The notes under the pieces were generated by a model. That model was not told the origin of the DNA. It did not search any database and saw only the letters and a list, made by a program, of their open reading frames with translations. A stretch of 63,479 nucleotides of DNA, counting the filler. It is 6 parts of 6 records of this genome, joined end to end, with 100 filler letters (N's around TTAATTAATTAA, not from the genome) between each part and the next. Parts side by side here need not be neighbours in the genome. Positions count along the whole stretch, not along the records: positions 29,297 to 43,444 come from SRR20825006_2717; 5 more parts are not named here. One strand, given 5' to 3'. A program made the translations under genes and the position numbers. Shown one piece after another: positions 31,076-40,154 of this stretch. Positions within the stretch are counted from its first letter, which is position 1; every line of letters begins with the position of its first letter.

Positions 31076-31107
31076 TAATGTGAAAGTGACCCATAAAGGA
31101 GTTGGAC

Positions 31108-31554
31108 ATGAGCATTGAAGCAACCATCCAGGACCTGACTCGCCGCTGGCTGAAAGGCGCAGCCGATAATGATGTCGAGGCGATCATGGCCCTCTATCAC
31201 CCGACTATCCGCTCATTCGATGCCATTCTGGCTATTCAGGTATCTGGCGAGAAAGCGTATCGGACGCATTGGAAAAAATGCATGGAATCCTGCCCGGCGG
31301 AGCCGTTTTTCGAGATGCACGACCTGGTTGTGGAGGCATCCGATTCGCTGGTGGTGTCGCACAGCCTGACCCATTGCGGTGCCACCGTGGAAGGGGAAAA
31401 GCAGGGTGGCTGGATGCGCTGTACGCATGTGTGGAAACGCGATGGCGACCAGTGGAAGATTGTGCACGAACACTTTTCCTGCCCGTTCAATCCGGAGGAC
31501 ATGTCGCTGATTATGACCTGGCAACCGGAGCACACACCGGTACGTTTCAGCTAA
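31108..31554 (+). CDS. SnoaL/NTF2-like protein
   Basis: R.T.VWKR…WKIVHEHFS.PF. Confidence 0.88.
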   Translation: MSIEATIQDLTRRWLKGAADNDVEAIMALYHPTIRSFDAILAIQVSGEKAYRTHWKKCMESCPAEPFFEMHDLVVEASDSLVVSHSLTHCGATVEGEKQGGWMRCTHVWKRDGDQWKIVHEHFSCPFNPEDMSLIMTWQPEHTPVRFS

Positions 31555-31577
31555 CAGTCTGTTAAGGAGAGAGCGCG

Positions 31578-31976
31578 ATGAAATATCTGTGTCTGGTGTA
31601 TTACAACGAAGCGGCCATGCAGGAGCGTGGTGATGATCACTGGCAATCGCTTAACAAGGAGTGCCAGTCCTACAGCGGCGGCTTGCAGGAGTCCGGCGTG
31701 ATGCTGGATGGCTCCGCCCTGCAACCGGTGTCCACGGCGACCACGGTGCGTTTGCGTGATGGGCAGGTGAGTGTCACCGATGGGCCCTTTGCGGAAACCA
31801 AGGAGCAACTGGCGGGCTTTTACCTGATCGATGCCAATGACCTGAACGATGCGATCCGAGTGGCCAGCCGTATTCCGCCGGCACGCTATGGCAGCATCGA
31901 GGTGCGGCCGGTGCGTGACATCTACGGTGAGTCGTCGGATGCCGTGCCCTACGCCGAAGCGCTTGCGCAACGCTAA
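31578..31976 (+). CDS. YciI/DGPF-family protein
   Basis: TDGPFAETKEQLAGFY; IEVRP. Confidence 0.93.
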   Translation: MKYLCLVYYNEAAMQERGDDHWQSLNKECQSYSGGLQESGVMLDGSALQPVSTATTVRLRDGQVSVTDGPFAETKEQLAGFYLIDANDLNDAIRVASRIPPARYGSIEVRPVRDIYGESSDAVPYAEALAQR

Positions 31977-31984
31977 CCTTCGAA

Positions 31985-33145
31985 CTAGTCGAAGGTCTTC
32001 GCGAATACCAAACCGCCCCACAGTACATTGCGGTCGCCCACGCCCTCTTTCAGTTCGGAGGTGTGGCCGCGCAGGACATAGCTGAGCCGATAGCCGTCGC
32101 TGAAGGCATAGGTGTAACCCAGCCAGGCTTCGGCGACGCCATGGTTCACTTCGTCGCTGTCGTAGCGCACGTCGCTGTCCCGGAACTGGCCTTGCAGAAA
32201 CGCATTGTAGGCGCGGCCGACCAGCGCGATGCCACCCCACACATAGTGCTCGTTGTCTTCACTGGTGGCGGTGGTGTTGTTGCGTTCACCATAGCGGGTC
32301 AGCTCCGGGTTGCTCTGCCACCAGGGGCTGCGCAGGCGCCCGGCGCGAAAGCTCAGGCTCCAGCGCGCTTCAGTGAGGTAACCCACGGAACCTTCCACGG
32401 TGCTTTTCACTTCCAGATTGTCGCTGGAAATGGGCAGGGTCTTCTGCCGTGCCACCGCATAGCGAGCGGTGGGTTCGCCGCCATCGCTGATCTGGTGATC
32501 CCAGCCCTCCGCTTGTTCACTGCCGACGACCTTGTGCACACCATTTTGAATATTGCCGGCCAGGTCCAGCCCCAGGGCGCCCAGTGTCAGGGTACTGTGC
32601 CAGGCCACCTGGTCGTCGGGGTTCACCTGCACGCGGCTGCTGGAAAGGTAGATCATGCTGGCATAGGGACGGTCGTCGTAGAGGGGCTCGGGCCGCTCTT
32701 TCTGTTCCGGGGTGAAACCGAAAATGCCGGCTTCAAAACTGTGGCCGCGAATCCGGCTACCGGACAGGCCATTGAGGCCCAGGGCGCGATCGATCCAGCC
32801 CAGCGGGGTGTCCAGGGAAAGCAGAAAATCCCGTGCCCGGGTGCCGGTGGCGGCCATGCTGAGGCCGTAGGTGTAATCCTGATCACGGCTGCCCGGCCCC
32901 AGCATGTCGTTATCCAGGGTCAGTGCCCAGCTGCCGTTTTCGCGCTCCTGCTCCGGTTGAGGGCGGGATTGGCGTGGGCGCATTTCGGCGAGTCCCGGGT
33001 CTGCGGCCCGGGCCAGCGGCGAGGCGGTGTCGGACAGGGACGCGGCAGCGGTCAGTGCCGGGCTCGCCAGCATGATGATCGCCAGTAAGCTGGCAACCCG
33101 GAAACCGGGGGAAGGAAAAAGGCTGTCGCGTGTGTTCTCTGTCAT
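31985..33145 (-). CDS. Lipid A 3'-O-deacylase LpxR-family outer-membrane protein
   Basis: Signal peptide, DND…D.DYT.G, DRPYA, GWDHQI, YNAFLQG. Confidence 0.8.
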   Translation of the reverse strand: MTENTRDSLFPSPGFRVASLLAIIMLASPALTAAASLSDTASPLARAADPGLAEMRPRQSRPQPEQERENGSWALTLDNDMLGPGSRDQDYTYGLSMAATGTRARDFLLSLDTPLGWIDRALGLNGLSGSRIRGHSFEAGIFGFTPEQKERPEPLYDDRPYASMIYLSSSRVQVNPDDQVAWHSTLTLGALGLDLAGNIQNGVHKVVGSEQAEGWDHQISDGGEPTARYAVARQKTLPISSDNLEVKSTVEGSVGYLTEARWSLSFRAGRLRSPWWQSNPELTRYGERNNTTATSEDNEHYVWGGIALVGRAYNAFLQGQFRDSDVRYDSDEVNHGVAEAWLGYTYAFSDGYRLSYVLRGHTSELKEGVGDRNVLWGGLVFAKTFD

Positions 33146-33555
33146 GGCTCCGTGTCCGTCTCACTCCGGGAGCGCGCAAGCGGCTCGTCGGAACTGCAAT
33201 TCAGTGACGCGTACGGTATGCCCCGCACGCGCATGGTCGGTATCGCGTTGCTGGGCGGTTGTTGCCTGTTTCTACAGAGAGTTGTTGTTCTGCCAGCGGC
33301 AGCGGCGCCATTGTCGAGCCGCTGAGTGTTCAATAGGACTAGGATCCCCGATGACTGTTCGATGAAACAGTGCGACAGCGTTGGCCATTTAATCGAATTT
33401 TTCGATTTATCCGGAACACGCCCTTATCTGCGGATGACATGATTCCCATCACTGCCGTCTTCTTCGGTCATTGAGCTTCGTTACCCAGGCGGCGTAGCCT
33501 CAGTGACATATTCATGAGCTGACGCTCAACAGACAGTGATGAGAAGGAGAGCACG

Positions 33556-34722
33556 GTGGCAGAAGCATATATCGTAGCGGCGGTGCGTACCGCTGGTGGC
33601 AAGAAGAACGGTCGGCTGAGCAAGGTACACCCGGCGGATATGGGCGGTCGCGTTATCGATGCCGTGGTCGAGCGCACCGGTGTGGCGCCGGAAAAAGTTG
33701 ACGATGTGATTTTGGGTTGTGTGAGCCAGATCGGCCCGCAGACCTTCAATGTGGCACGCACCTCCATCATGAGCTCCTGCCTGCCGGAGTCCGTGCCCGG
33801 GGTGACGATCGATCGCCAGTGCGGCTCTTCCCAGCAGGCGATTCATTTTGCCGCCCAGGCGGTGATGAGTGGCACCCAGGACCTGGTGATTGCCGGCGGG
33901 GTGGAATCCATGAGCCAGGTGCCCATCGGTTCTCCGGTGATGGCCGTCAAGGAAATGGGTAACCCGTTTACCGGTGAGATCAGCAAGCGCTACCCGGGGG
34001 AAACCTTCAGCCAGTTCCATGGTGCCGAGCGCATGGCGGAGAAATACGGGGTGAGCAAGGCGGAGCTGGATCAGTTCGCCTACGACTCTCACAAACGTGG
34101 GGCGGCGGCTACCGAGGCGGGTCGCTTCAAGGATGAAATCATTCCGGTGCCGGTGACCCTGGAAGACGGTTCCCAGGAAGAGCATCTGGTCGATGAAGGC
34201 ATCCGCTGGGAAGCGGAGCTGGATGCGATCAAGGCACTGCAGCCGCTGCAGGAAGGCGGTCACATCAGCGCCGCCAACGCCAGCCAGATTACCGATGGTG
34301 CCTCGGCGGTGATGATCGCCAGCGAAAAGGCGGTGAAGGAGCTGGGCCTGACGCCGCTGGCGCGTATTCACGCCATGGCGGTGGTGGGTTCTGACCCGAC
34401 CATGGTGCTGGAAGGCCCGATCCCGGCCACCGAGAAAGTACTCAAGCAGGCCGGCATGACCATGGCGGATATCGACCTGTACGAAGTCAACGAAGCGTTC
34501 GGCTCCGTGCCGCTGGCCTGGATGAAGGCAGTGGGTGCAGACTACGAAAAACTGAACGTGAACGGTGGCGCCCAGGCGCTGGGCCACCCGCTGGGGGCCA
34601 CCGGTTCCAAGCTGATGGGCACGCTGGTGTATGAGCTGAAACGCCGTGGCGGCAAGTACGGTCTGCTGGCCATCTGTGAAGGCCTGGGCACTGCTAACGC
34701 GACCATTATCGAAGTGCTGTAA
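33556..34722 (+). CDS. Acetyl-CoA C-acyltransferase (thiolase)
   Basis: RQCGSS, NEAF, GHPLGATG, C-terminal CEG. Confidence 0.96.
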   Translation: MAEAYIVAAVRTAGGKKNGRLSKVHPADMGGRVIDAVVERTGVAPEKVDDVILGCVSQIGPQTFNVARTSIMSSCLPESVPGVTIDRQCGSSQQAIHFAAQAVMSGTQDLVIAGGVESMSQVPIGSPVMAVKEMGNPFTGEISKRYPGETFSQFHGAERMAEKYGVSKAELDQFAYDSHKRGAAATEAGRFKDEIIPVPVTLEDGSQEEHLVDEGIRWEAELDAIKALQPLQEGGHISAANASQITDGASAVMIASEKAVKELGLTPLARIHAMAVVGSDPTMVLEGPIPATEKVLKQAGMTMADIDLYEVNEAFGSVPLAWMKAVGADYEKLNVNGGAQALGHPLGATGSKLMGTLVYELKRRGGKYGLLAICEGLGTANATIIEVL

Positions 34723-34821
34723 ACGTTGTCGCTGGAAGTGAAAAGTTGAAAATGGAAACGCGGGCGGGCGTGTAGCGGGTCATCTGACATTCAGCTCCGT
34801 GCCTTCGCGTTTTTCAGCTTG

Positions 34822-34857
34822 AAAAAAGCCGCCCTGGTTTTCCGGGGCGGCTTTTTT
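34822..34857. terminator. Bidirectional intrinsic terminator
   Basis: AAAAAAGCCGCCCTGG-TTTT-CCGGGGCGGCTTTTTT. Confidence 0.9.
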
Positions 34858-34916
34858 GGGTTCATCGCGGAATGGAGTGATCAGCCAGCTTCAGAACTTG
34901 TCGCATTACCCCGCCC

Positions 34917-35123
34917 TGGCAACCGCTGGACGCCGGATGCCCGATGACAGACGCTTGCATTCAAAACCTAAACACCTTGGCCGGCATGCTCTCTGCGCAA
35001 AAGGCATTACCCGATTGTTGCCTGAATGATGACTCTGATACCCCTCGAAGGAGAGGCCGCAATAACGACAACCTCTCAGGCTATGGGGTTTTACGTCAGG
35101 CATCCGGCGTCTAGCGTTTGGCA
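34917..35123. repeat. ~207-bp element bounded by inverted arms of degenerate heptamers
   Basis: Left arm TGGCAAC CGCTGGA CGCCGGA TGCCCGA; right arm reverse complement TGCCAAA CGCTAGA CGCCGGA TGCCTGA. Confidence 0.75.
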
Positions 35124-35218
35124 AAGTGCCGGGGATTCGCGATAAATCCATCAAACGGCGAAAAGCGAGTCATTCACTCTAATCCGCGAAGAACCTTTTC
35201 TAGCGCACGGTTTTATTT

Positions 35219-35243
35219 GCAGGAGCCATGCTTGCATGGCGAA
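35219..35243 (+). repeat. GTAG-type REP-like palindrome
   Basis: GCAGGAGC-CATG-CTTG-CATG-GCGA, the GTAGGAGC-x-CTTG-x'-GCGA layout; a related copy is at 43426-43444. Confidence 0.6.
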
Positions 35244-35249
35244 GGGTTC

Positions 35250-35358
35250 AGTCACGAGTCACGAGTCACGAGTTTCGAGGAGCGAAGTGCAGAACCGGAA
35301 GCCCTCTCTTCGGATCCTGGGTTTTGCTTTTCGCAACTCGTCACTCGTATCTCGATAC
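35250..35358. repeat. ~110-bp element bounded by inverted heptamer tandem repeats
   Basis: (AGTCACG)3 AGTTTCG on the left; TCGCAAC TCGTCAC TCGTATC TCGATAC on the right. Confidence 0.8.
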
Positions 35359-35386
35359 CGTTTCCGCGCCAGGGCCGCTTAGCGAA

Positions 35387-36505
35387 TCAACTGAGCCTTT
35401 CCACCAGCCAGACTCCGGCCAGTATCATGATGGCTACTGACCCCACCGGCACAAAGACGCGCTTGTACAGCGCCGTATCCCGCGCCAGATAAGCCAGCGG
35501 CACAAACAGCAGCACGATGGCGATCTGCCCCAGTTCCACACCGATATTGAAGCCCAGCAGCGGCAACACTATGCCGTCGCCCATCAGCCCGAGATCCGCA
35601 AGCACTGACGCAAACCCCAGCCCGTGCACCAGGCCGAAGACGAAGGCCATGATCCAGCGTTTCGGAAACAGCCCCGGCAGCAGATTGGCGGCGGCGCCGA
35701 GCGCCACGGTGAGGGCGATGGCGGATTCCACCAGCCAGGCGGGCAGGGTAATGATGCCCAGCGTGGCCAGCGCCAGCGTCAGCGAATGGGTGACGGTAAA
35801 GGCGGTGACGATGGCCAGGGTCTGGGTCAGGGCACCACGCATGGTGGGTGCCGACTGCCAGCCACCCCGTTGCCAGACCAGCACGGCGGGAAACAGCAGG
35901 GTGAGCAGGAACAGGATGTGGTCGTAGCCAATCAGGATGTGGTGGATGCCCTGATGCACAAACCCCTGAAAGGCCTGCCATTGCCCGGCGCCACTGCTAT
36001 CGAGCTGGTGGCGACGTTGCTTGTCGCTGAATGTCACCGCCAGTTCGACGCCGTCGTGGTTCGATCTGAGCAAGCCGTGGTGACTGGGGTCCCGGTCGAA
36101 CAGGAAGCGGTAATGAACACCCAGCTGTGCCGGTGCAGTGGGGCACGTGCCCTGAAAATGCAGGGCGGCGTAGGTGCCGTCCACATGGTCATTGGCCTGC
36201 AAACCGGTGAGCGTGAGCGGGCAGGGTTGGGCCGTTTCGCCTTGCCCTGTCTGCACGGTGAGCATGGGCAAAATTTGCTGCGCCAGTTCCGGTTGGCGGT
36301 TACGCAGCTCCCCCCAGGTGATGTTGCCATCGTTGTTGCTGTCCAGGTCGGTCACCAGTTGCAGGTCGCGCAGGGCAATATCCCAGCGGCCGGTAATGTG
36401 TGGACTGCTGGCGGTGCTGTTCAGGGTCAGGTAGCTGTCGCTGGGTTTATGGGCAAACGCCGGGGCGCAGGCGAGAAGCAGCATCAGTATCAGGCAATGC
36501 TTCAT
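35387..36505 (-). CDS. HupE/UreJ-family membrane protein with N-terminal periplasmic domain
   Basis: Signal peptide ending AFAH; HILIGYDHILFL; TAFT..HS; FGLVHGLGF; FNIGVELGQ. Confidence 0.9.
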   Translation of the reverse strand: MKHCLILMLLLACAPAFAHKPSDSYLTLNSTASSPHITGRWDIALRDLQLVTDLDSNNDGNITWGELRNRQPELAQQILPMLTVQTGQGETAQPCPLTLTGLQANDHVDGTYAALHFQGTCPTAPAQLGVHYRFLFDRDPSHHGLLRSNHDGVELAVTFSDKQRRHQLDSSGAGQWQAFQGFVHQGIHHILIGYDHILFLLTLLFPAVLVWQRGGWQSAPTMRGALTQTLAIVTAFTVTHSLTLALATLGIITLPAWLVESAIALTVALGAAANLLPGLFPKRWIMAFVFGLVHGLGFASVLADLGLMGDGIVLPLLGFNIGVELGQIAIVLLFVPLAYLARDTALYKRVFVPVGSVAIMILAGVWLVERLS

Positions 36506-37680
36506 GGTTGGGCCTCCGGCCAGTGCGCTTGGAGGGCGGCGTCATGAACGCCGTGGGTGTCGATGAAATCCCGTGCGGTGGCCCGGGCAGCATCGTTGTC
36601 GGCGGCGGTGGCCGCCGCGAGCAACAGGCGCAGGTCGGTGAGCTCCTTTTGCTGCTGCCAGTTGTCCCGGGCCACGGTAAGGGCCTCGGTGGGCGACGGG
36701 ACGACCTGCAGCAGGTAGCGGGCATGTTCACGTTGATGCACGGTGCGGCCAGCGAGTTCCGCTGCGTCCAGCCGTTGTTGATAGGCGTGTTGCCACTGCT
36801 CTGCCTGCGGATGCTGGCTTCTCTTGCCGGCAATGGCCAGGCGCAGCAGGGCATTGTCCCGGTCCTGCCAGTTTTTCAGATCCGCAATCACGGCGTCGGA
36901 GTGACCGTGCTGTAACCACAGGTCGTTTTGCAGGTAGCGCAAATAGGCATCCTGTGGGGCGAGCGCCAGGGCGGCATCCAGGGCCTGTTGCGCCCGTTCC
37001 GGTTCGCCCTGCTGAATGGCCATTTCGGCAATGAGGGTCTGCAACCAGACGCTCTGGGTGGTGTCGCTAATCAGTGGGCTATCGGCCAGCGACTGCAGGG
37101 TGGCGTAGGCGCGCTGATGTTGGTCTGTCATGGCCTGCACACTGGCCTGGCATAACACCACCGTCGTCGGTGGCAGGCTGTTGGCCGCGTTGCCACAGGC
37201 TTGCCGGGCGGCATCGAACTGGCCCTGAACCCGCTCGATGTTGGCCAGCATCAGCCAGCCCTGGCCCTGGTTGGGGTGCTGTTCCAGCAATTCCGTCAGG
37301 CGGGTTCGGGCCCGGGTGAACTGGTGGCGTTGTTGCTCGATGTCTGCCCACAGCAGGCTCACTGCCGGGGAGGGCGGCTGTGAAAACGGCCTCAGGGTGC
37401 GTTGTGCATAGCCGAGAAAACGCGGGTCGCCCTGCTGGCGACCGTAATCAATCTGGGCGCGGGCCAGACGCAGTGCATCGACCTCGTTTTGTGGTGGGCT
37501 GGCGGGTGTCAGTGCCCGTTGCGAGTCCGACAAGGTGGCCAGCACCGTGTTGTCATTGTCCGGGGTGTAGGGGGCTGCCCGGGTCGTGCTGACCAGTAGC
37601 CCCCCGCAGAGAATCAACAGTAAGGCCGCCGGAAACCGGCGGCCTGTTTGGGGGTTAGTCCAGGACACTGTTATAGGCAT
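36502..37680 (-). CDS. Exported TPR-repeat protein
   Basis: Signal-like N-terminus, helical repeats, GDPRFLGYA; in operon with DUF4331. Confidence 0.8.
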   Translation of the reverse strand: MPITVSWTNPQTGRRFPAALLLILCGGLLVSTTRAAPYTPDNDNTVLATLSDSQRALTPASPPQNEVDALRLARAQIDYGRQQGDPRFLGYAQRTLRPFSQPPSPAVSLLWADIEQQRHQFTRARTRLTELLEQHPNQGQGWLMLANIERVQGQFDAARQACGNAANSLPPTTVVLCQASVQAMTDQHQRAYATLQSLADSPLISDTTQSVWLQTLIAEMAIQQGEPERAQQALDAALALAPQDAYLRYLQNDLWLQHGHSDAVIADLKNWQDRDNALLRLAIAGKRSQHPQAEQWQHAYQQRLDAAELAGRTVHQREHARYLLQVVPSPTEALTVARDNWQQQKELTDLRLLLAAATAADNDAARATARDFIDTHGVHDAALQAHWPEAQP

Positions 37681-37894
37681 CCTCGTTGCTGTTGGTCTGA
37701 TTCCGGAAGCGCAGGTTGTTTACGCTAACCGGGTCGGTGGTGTCACTGGTGGTGGCCAGCTGGGTTTTCACAAAAGCCGTGTAGTCCACCGTGGCTTGTG
37801 CCCGGGGCGGTGGCGGGTCGTTGTCATCGTCACCCCCGCAGGCCACAAGCCCGAGGGTGGCCAGTGAAACCGTGGTTGCCAGTAATAAACGCAT
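37655..37894 (-). CDS. Small lipoprotein (79 aa)
   Basis: MRLLLATT…LVAC lipobox; AGGAG RBS. Confidence 0.8.
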   Translation of the reverse strand: MRLLLATTVSLATLGLVACGGDDDNDPPPPRAQATVDYTAFVKTQLATTSDTTDPVSVNNLRFRNQTNSNEDAYNSVLD

Positions 37895-37919
37895 GATGTC
37901 CTCCTGTAATGGGGCGCGG

Positions 37920-39440
37920 TTACGGCGCGGCGGCCACGTTGTCGGCACCGGGCAGCGGCGTGTTCAGGTACGGAAAGGTAGTCAGGTAGGCAGCTGGATC
38001 GGGCAGGGCGCCGTCATTGACGATGGCACCACCGTTGACCTGACTGTCCTGGGTGCCGCAATTACCGATTTCACCACCGGGATCGGCGCCGTTCACATCC
38101 GCTCCGCAGAGGAAGCCTTCGACGGCGGTGAGGGCGATATCCACCACGTCATCCACCGGGCGACGACCGTTGGGGAAGCCGGCAAAGTCACCCCCGGCAA
38201 CACCGAGGTCCACCTGGGCACCGGCGGCGGTGGCCGGGATGCCGGTATTCAGGCGCAGCATTTCACTGGGGGTTACGGTGGGTAGCTGGGTGACACCGGG
38301 GACACCGGTGAGGAACACAGTGACCAGATCGTTACGCGGGGTTTCCGGCGCCGGCACGCTGAACAGCACATTCACCAAAGCTGGCAGGCTTGGGTTGGTC
38401 ACATAGGTGGCGAACTGGCCATCATCTTTCGGTTCACTGGCGTTGAAACGGTCTTTGTCGGGCAGGCCGATGACCACTTCGTTCACCAGGGGTGAGCCGA
38501 GACGTGATACCTGGGTATAGGCGCCGCCTTTCACGGCCGGGCCTTTGGCATCGGTGCTTGCGGTGGTGCTGGAGCCCTGCGGCGCCGGGTTGATGACGCT
38601 GGCCTGACGAACGCTGGCGGTGGTCCAGCCACCGACAACGGTGTTGTCGCCGGTCAGGCAGTCCGCCGGGACTTCCAGAGCCAGGCTGGTGACGTTTTTG
38701 TCGTCAAGAATGTTGTTGCGCGAATCCCGGGCGCCCAGTGGGTCGAGCGCTACCAGATCAAACACTTCACCCAGGTTCACCACAAAGCCTTCCTGGCGTT
38801 GGCCAACGAACACTTTGCCGGGCATGGGGCAGTCGGGGAGCGTGACATCGTAGATAAAGTTATCGGCATAGGTGGCGTAATCAGCGATGGACTTGGTGCC
38901 GATGTTGTCTACTGGTTTGGCAAAGGTGTCCTCGCCACTGCCGGCGTTGGTGATGCTCTGTACATTGCCGGTGCGGCGATCGCCGGTGATCATTTTGACG
39001 GTGTAACTTTCCAGCACGTTCTGGGCGCTGGTGTCGTTGGCGGTGATGGCGCCGATGTTGATCAGCGGTACCGGCACGTCAGTGCCGCCCACATTGACCG
39101 TGGCGTTTTTGCGTTCTGTATTGAATTGAAACTGGAAGGTGATGTCTTCCATGGCGTTGCCGTCATTATCGATATGGATTTCGTAAATGGCGTCATCGTC
39201 CAGGGAAAAATAATTGGGACCGCCATAGGCATCCTGCAGGGGCAGGTAGTTGGCGATCAGGGTCACATATCCGTCACGGCCGGACTCATAGCTGTTGAAC
39301 ATATAGAAGTCCGTGCCATCGACTTTGGGCATGCCGGTGATGAACGGGGCCTCGCGGTGGCTGGATGCCAGCGCAGTGCTGCTGGCCAGCAGTGCGGCGG
39401 CGGTACAGACCGCGGGTAAGAGAACAGGGCGGCGTAACAT
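37920..39440 (-). CDS. DUF4331-domain exported protein
   Basis: Signal peptide, then SSHREAP, QVSRLG.PLVNE, GFPNGRR..DDV, FPYL. Confidence 0.9.
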   Translation of the reverse strand: MLRRPVLLPAVCTAAALLASSTALASSHREAPFITGMPKVDGTDFYMFNSYESGRDGYVTLIANYLPLQDAYGGPNYFSLDDDAIYEIHIDNDGNAMEDITFQFQFNTERKNATVNVGGTDVPVPLINIGAITANDTSAQNVLESYTVKMITGDRRTGNVQSITNAGSGEDTFAKPVDNIGTKSIADYATYADNFIYDVTLPDCPMPGKVFVGQRQEGFVVNLGEVFDLVALDPLGARDSRNNILDDKNVTSLALEVPADCLTGDNTVVGGWTTASVRQASVINPAPQGSSTTASTDAKGPAVKGGAYTQVSRLGSPLVNEVVIGLPDKDRFNASEPKDDGQFATYVTNPSLPALVNVLFSVPAPETPRNDLVTVFLTGVPGVTQLPTVTPSEMLRLNTGIPATAAGAQVDLGVAGGDFAGFPNGRRPVDDVVDIALTAVEGFLCGADVNGADPGGEIGNCGTQDSQVNGGAIVNDGALPDPAAYLTTFPYLNTPLPGADNVAAAP

Positions 39441-39471
39441 ACGAACACTCCTTTTATTTATGTCTCTACGG

Positions 39472-39546
39472 TACGCAGCAGGTCGCCTGCCGGATGCAAA
39501 AAAATATTTTGTTTTTTTCTGCATCCGTTATGCGGTTTTTCACGTA
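39472..39546. promoter_or_regulatory. Divergent twin ECF promoters GCATCC-N16-CGTA
   Basis: Minus strand 39497-39472 toward DUF4331; plus strand 39521-39546 toward the sigma gene; identical boxes and spacing. Confidence 0.8.
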
Positions 39547-39608
39547 TTACTAACAGGTAAGCTGTCATTAAAGAGGTCTACTCAACGGCACGTCCGGAGA
39601 ACCTCGTT

Positions 39609-40154
39609 ATGGCAGCAAAGGAAGGCATGCTGGTGGATCAGCTGGCAAAAGTGGCGCAGGGCGATCGCGCTGCCTTTGCGGGGCTGTATCAACAAACCAG
39701 TCGTGCGGTGTACGGACAGTGCATGCAATTGTTGCGTGATAATGACGAGGCCAATGACGTGCTGCAGGAAACCTATATTCAGGTGTGGCATCACGCCGGT
39801 GAATACCATGCGGACCGGGGATCGGTACTGACCTGGATGATGTCGATCTGTCGGTACCGGGGGCTGGATGCATTGCGCCGCCGGCGTACCGATGTGGCGT
39901 TCGATACGGTGGCCCAGAACCATGCCTGCGAGAAACCCGGGCCCATGCAGAATGCAGGCGACATGGTGGATCGGCAGCGCTTGAGTGATTGTTTACGCGA
40001 TCTGGATGAGCGTTATCGAAACAGTATCGAGATGGCCTATTTTCGAGGCTTCACCCATCAGGAACTGGCTGTTGCCATGGGGCAGCCTCTGGGGACCACG
40101 AAAAGCTGGGTGCGCCGTGGGCTCAATGTCTTGCGTCAGTGCCTGGGTTCATGA
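39609..40154 (+). CDS. ECF sigma factor (SigK-like)
   Basis: AFAGLY, A.DVLQE, YFRGFTHQELA…PLGT.KSWVRRGL. Confidence 0.92.
   Translation: MAAKEGMLVDQLAKVAQGDRAAFAGLYQQTSRAVYGQCMQLLRDNDEANDVLQETYIQVWHHAGEYHADRGSVLTWMMSICRYRGLDALRRRRTDVAFDTVAQNHACEKPGPMQNAGDMVDRQRLSDCLRDLDERYRNSIEMAYFRGFTHQELAVAMGQPLGTTKSWVRRGLNVLRQCLGS

Noticed and set aside
33312-33340. TGTCGA as a second ECF42 promoter
   Set aside because: No CGAC/CGTC -10 element at the required spacing.
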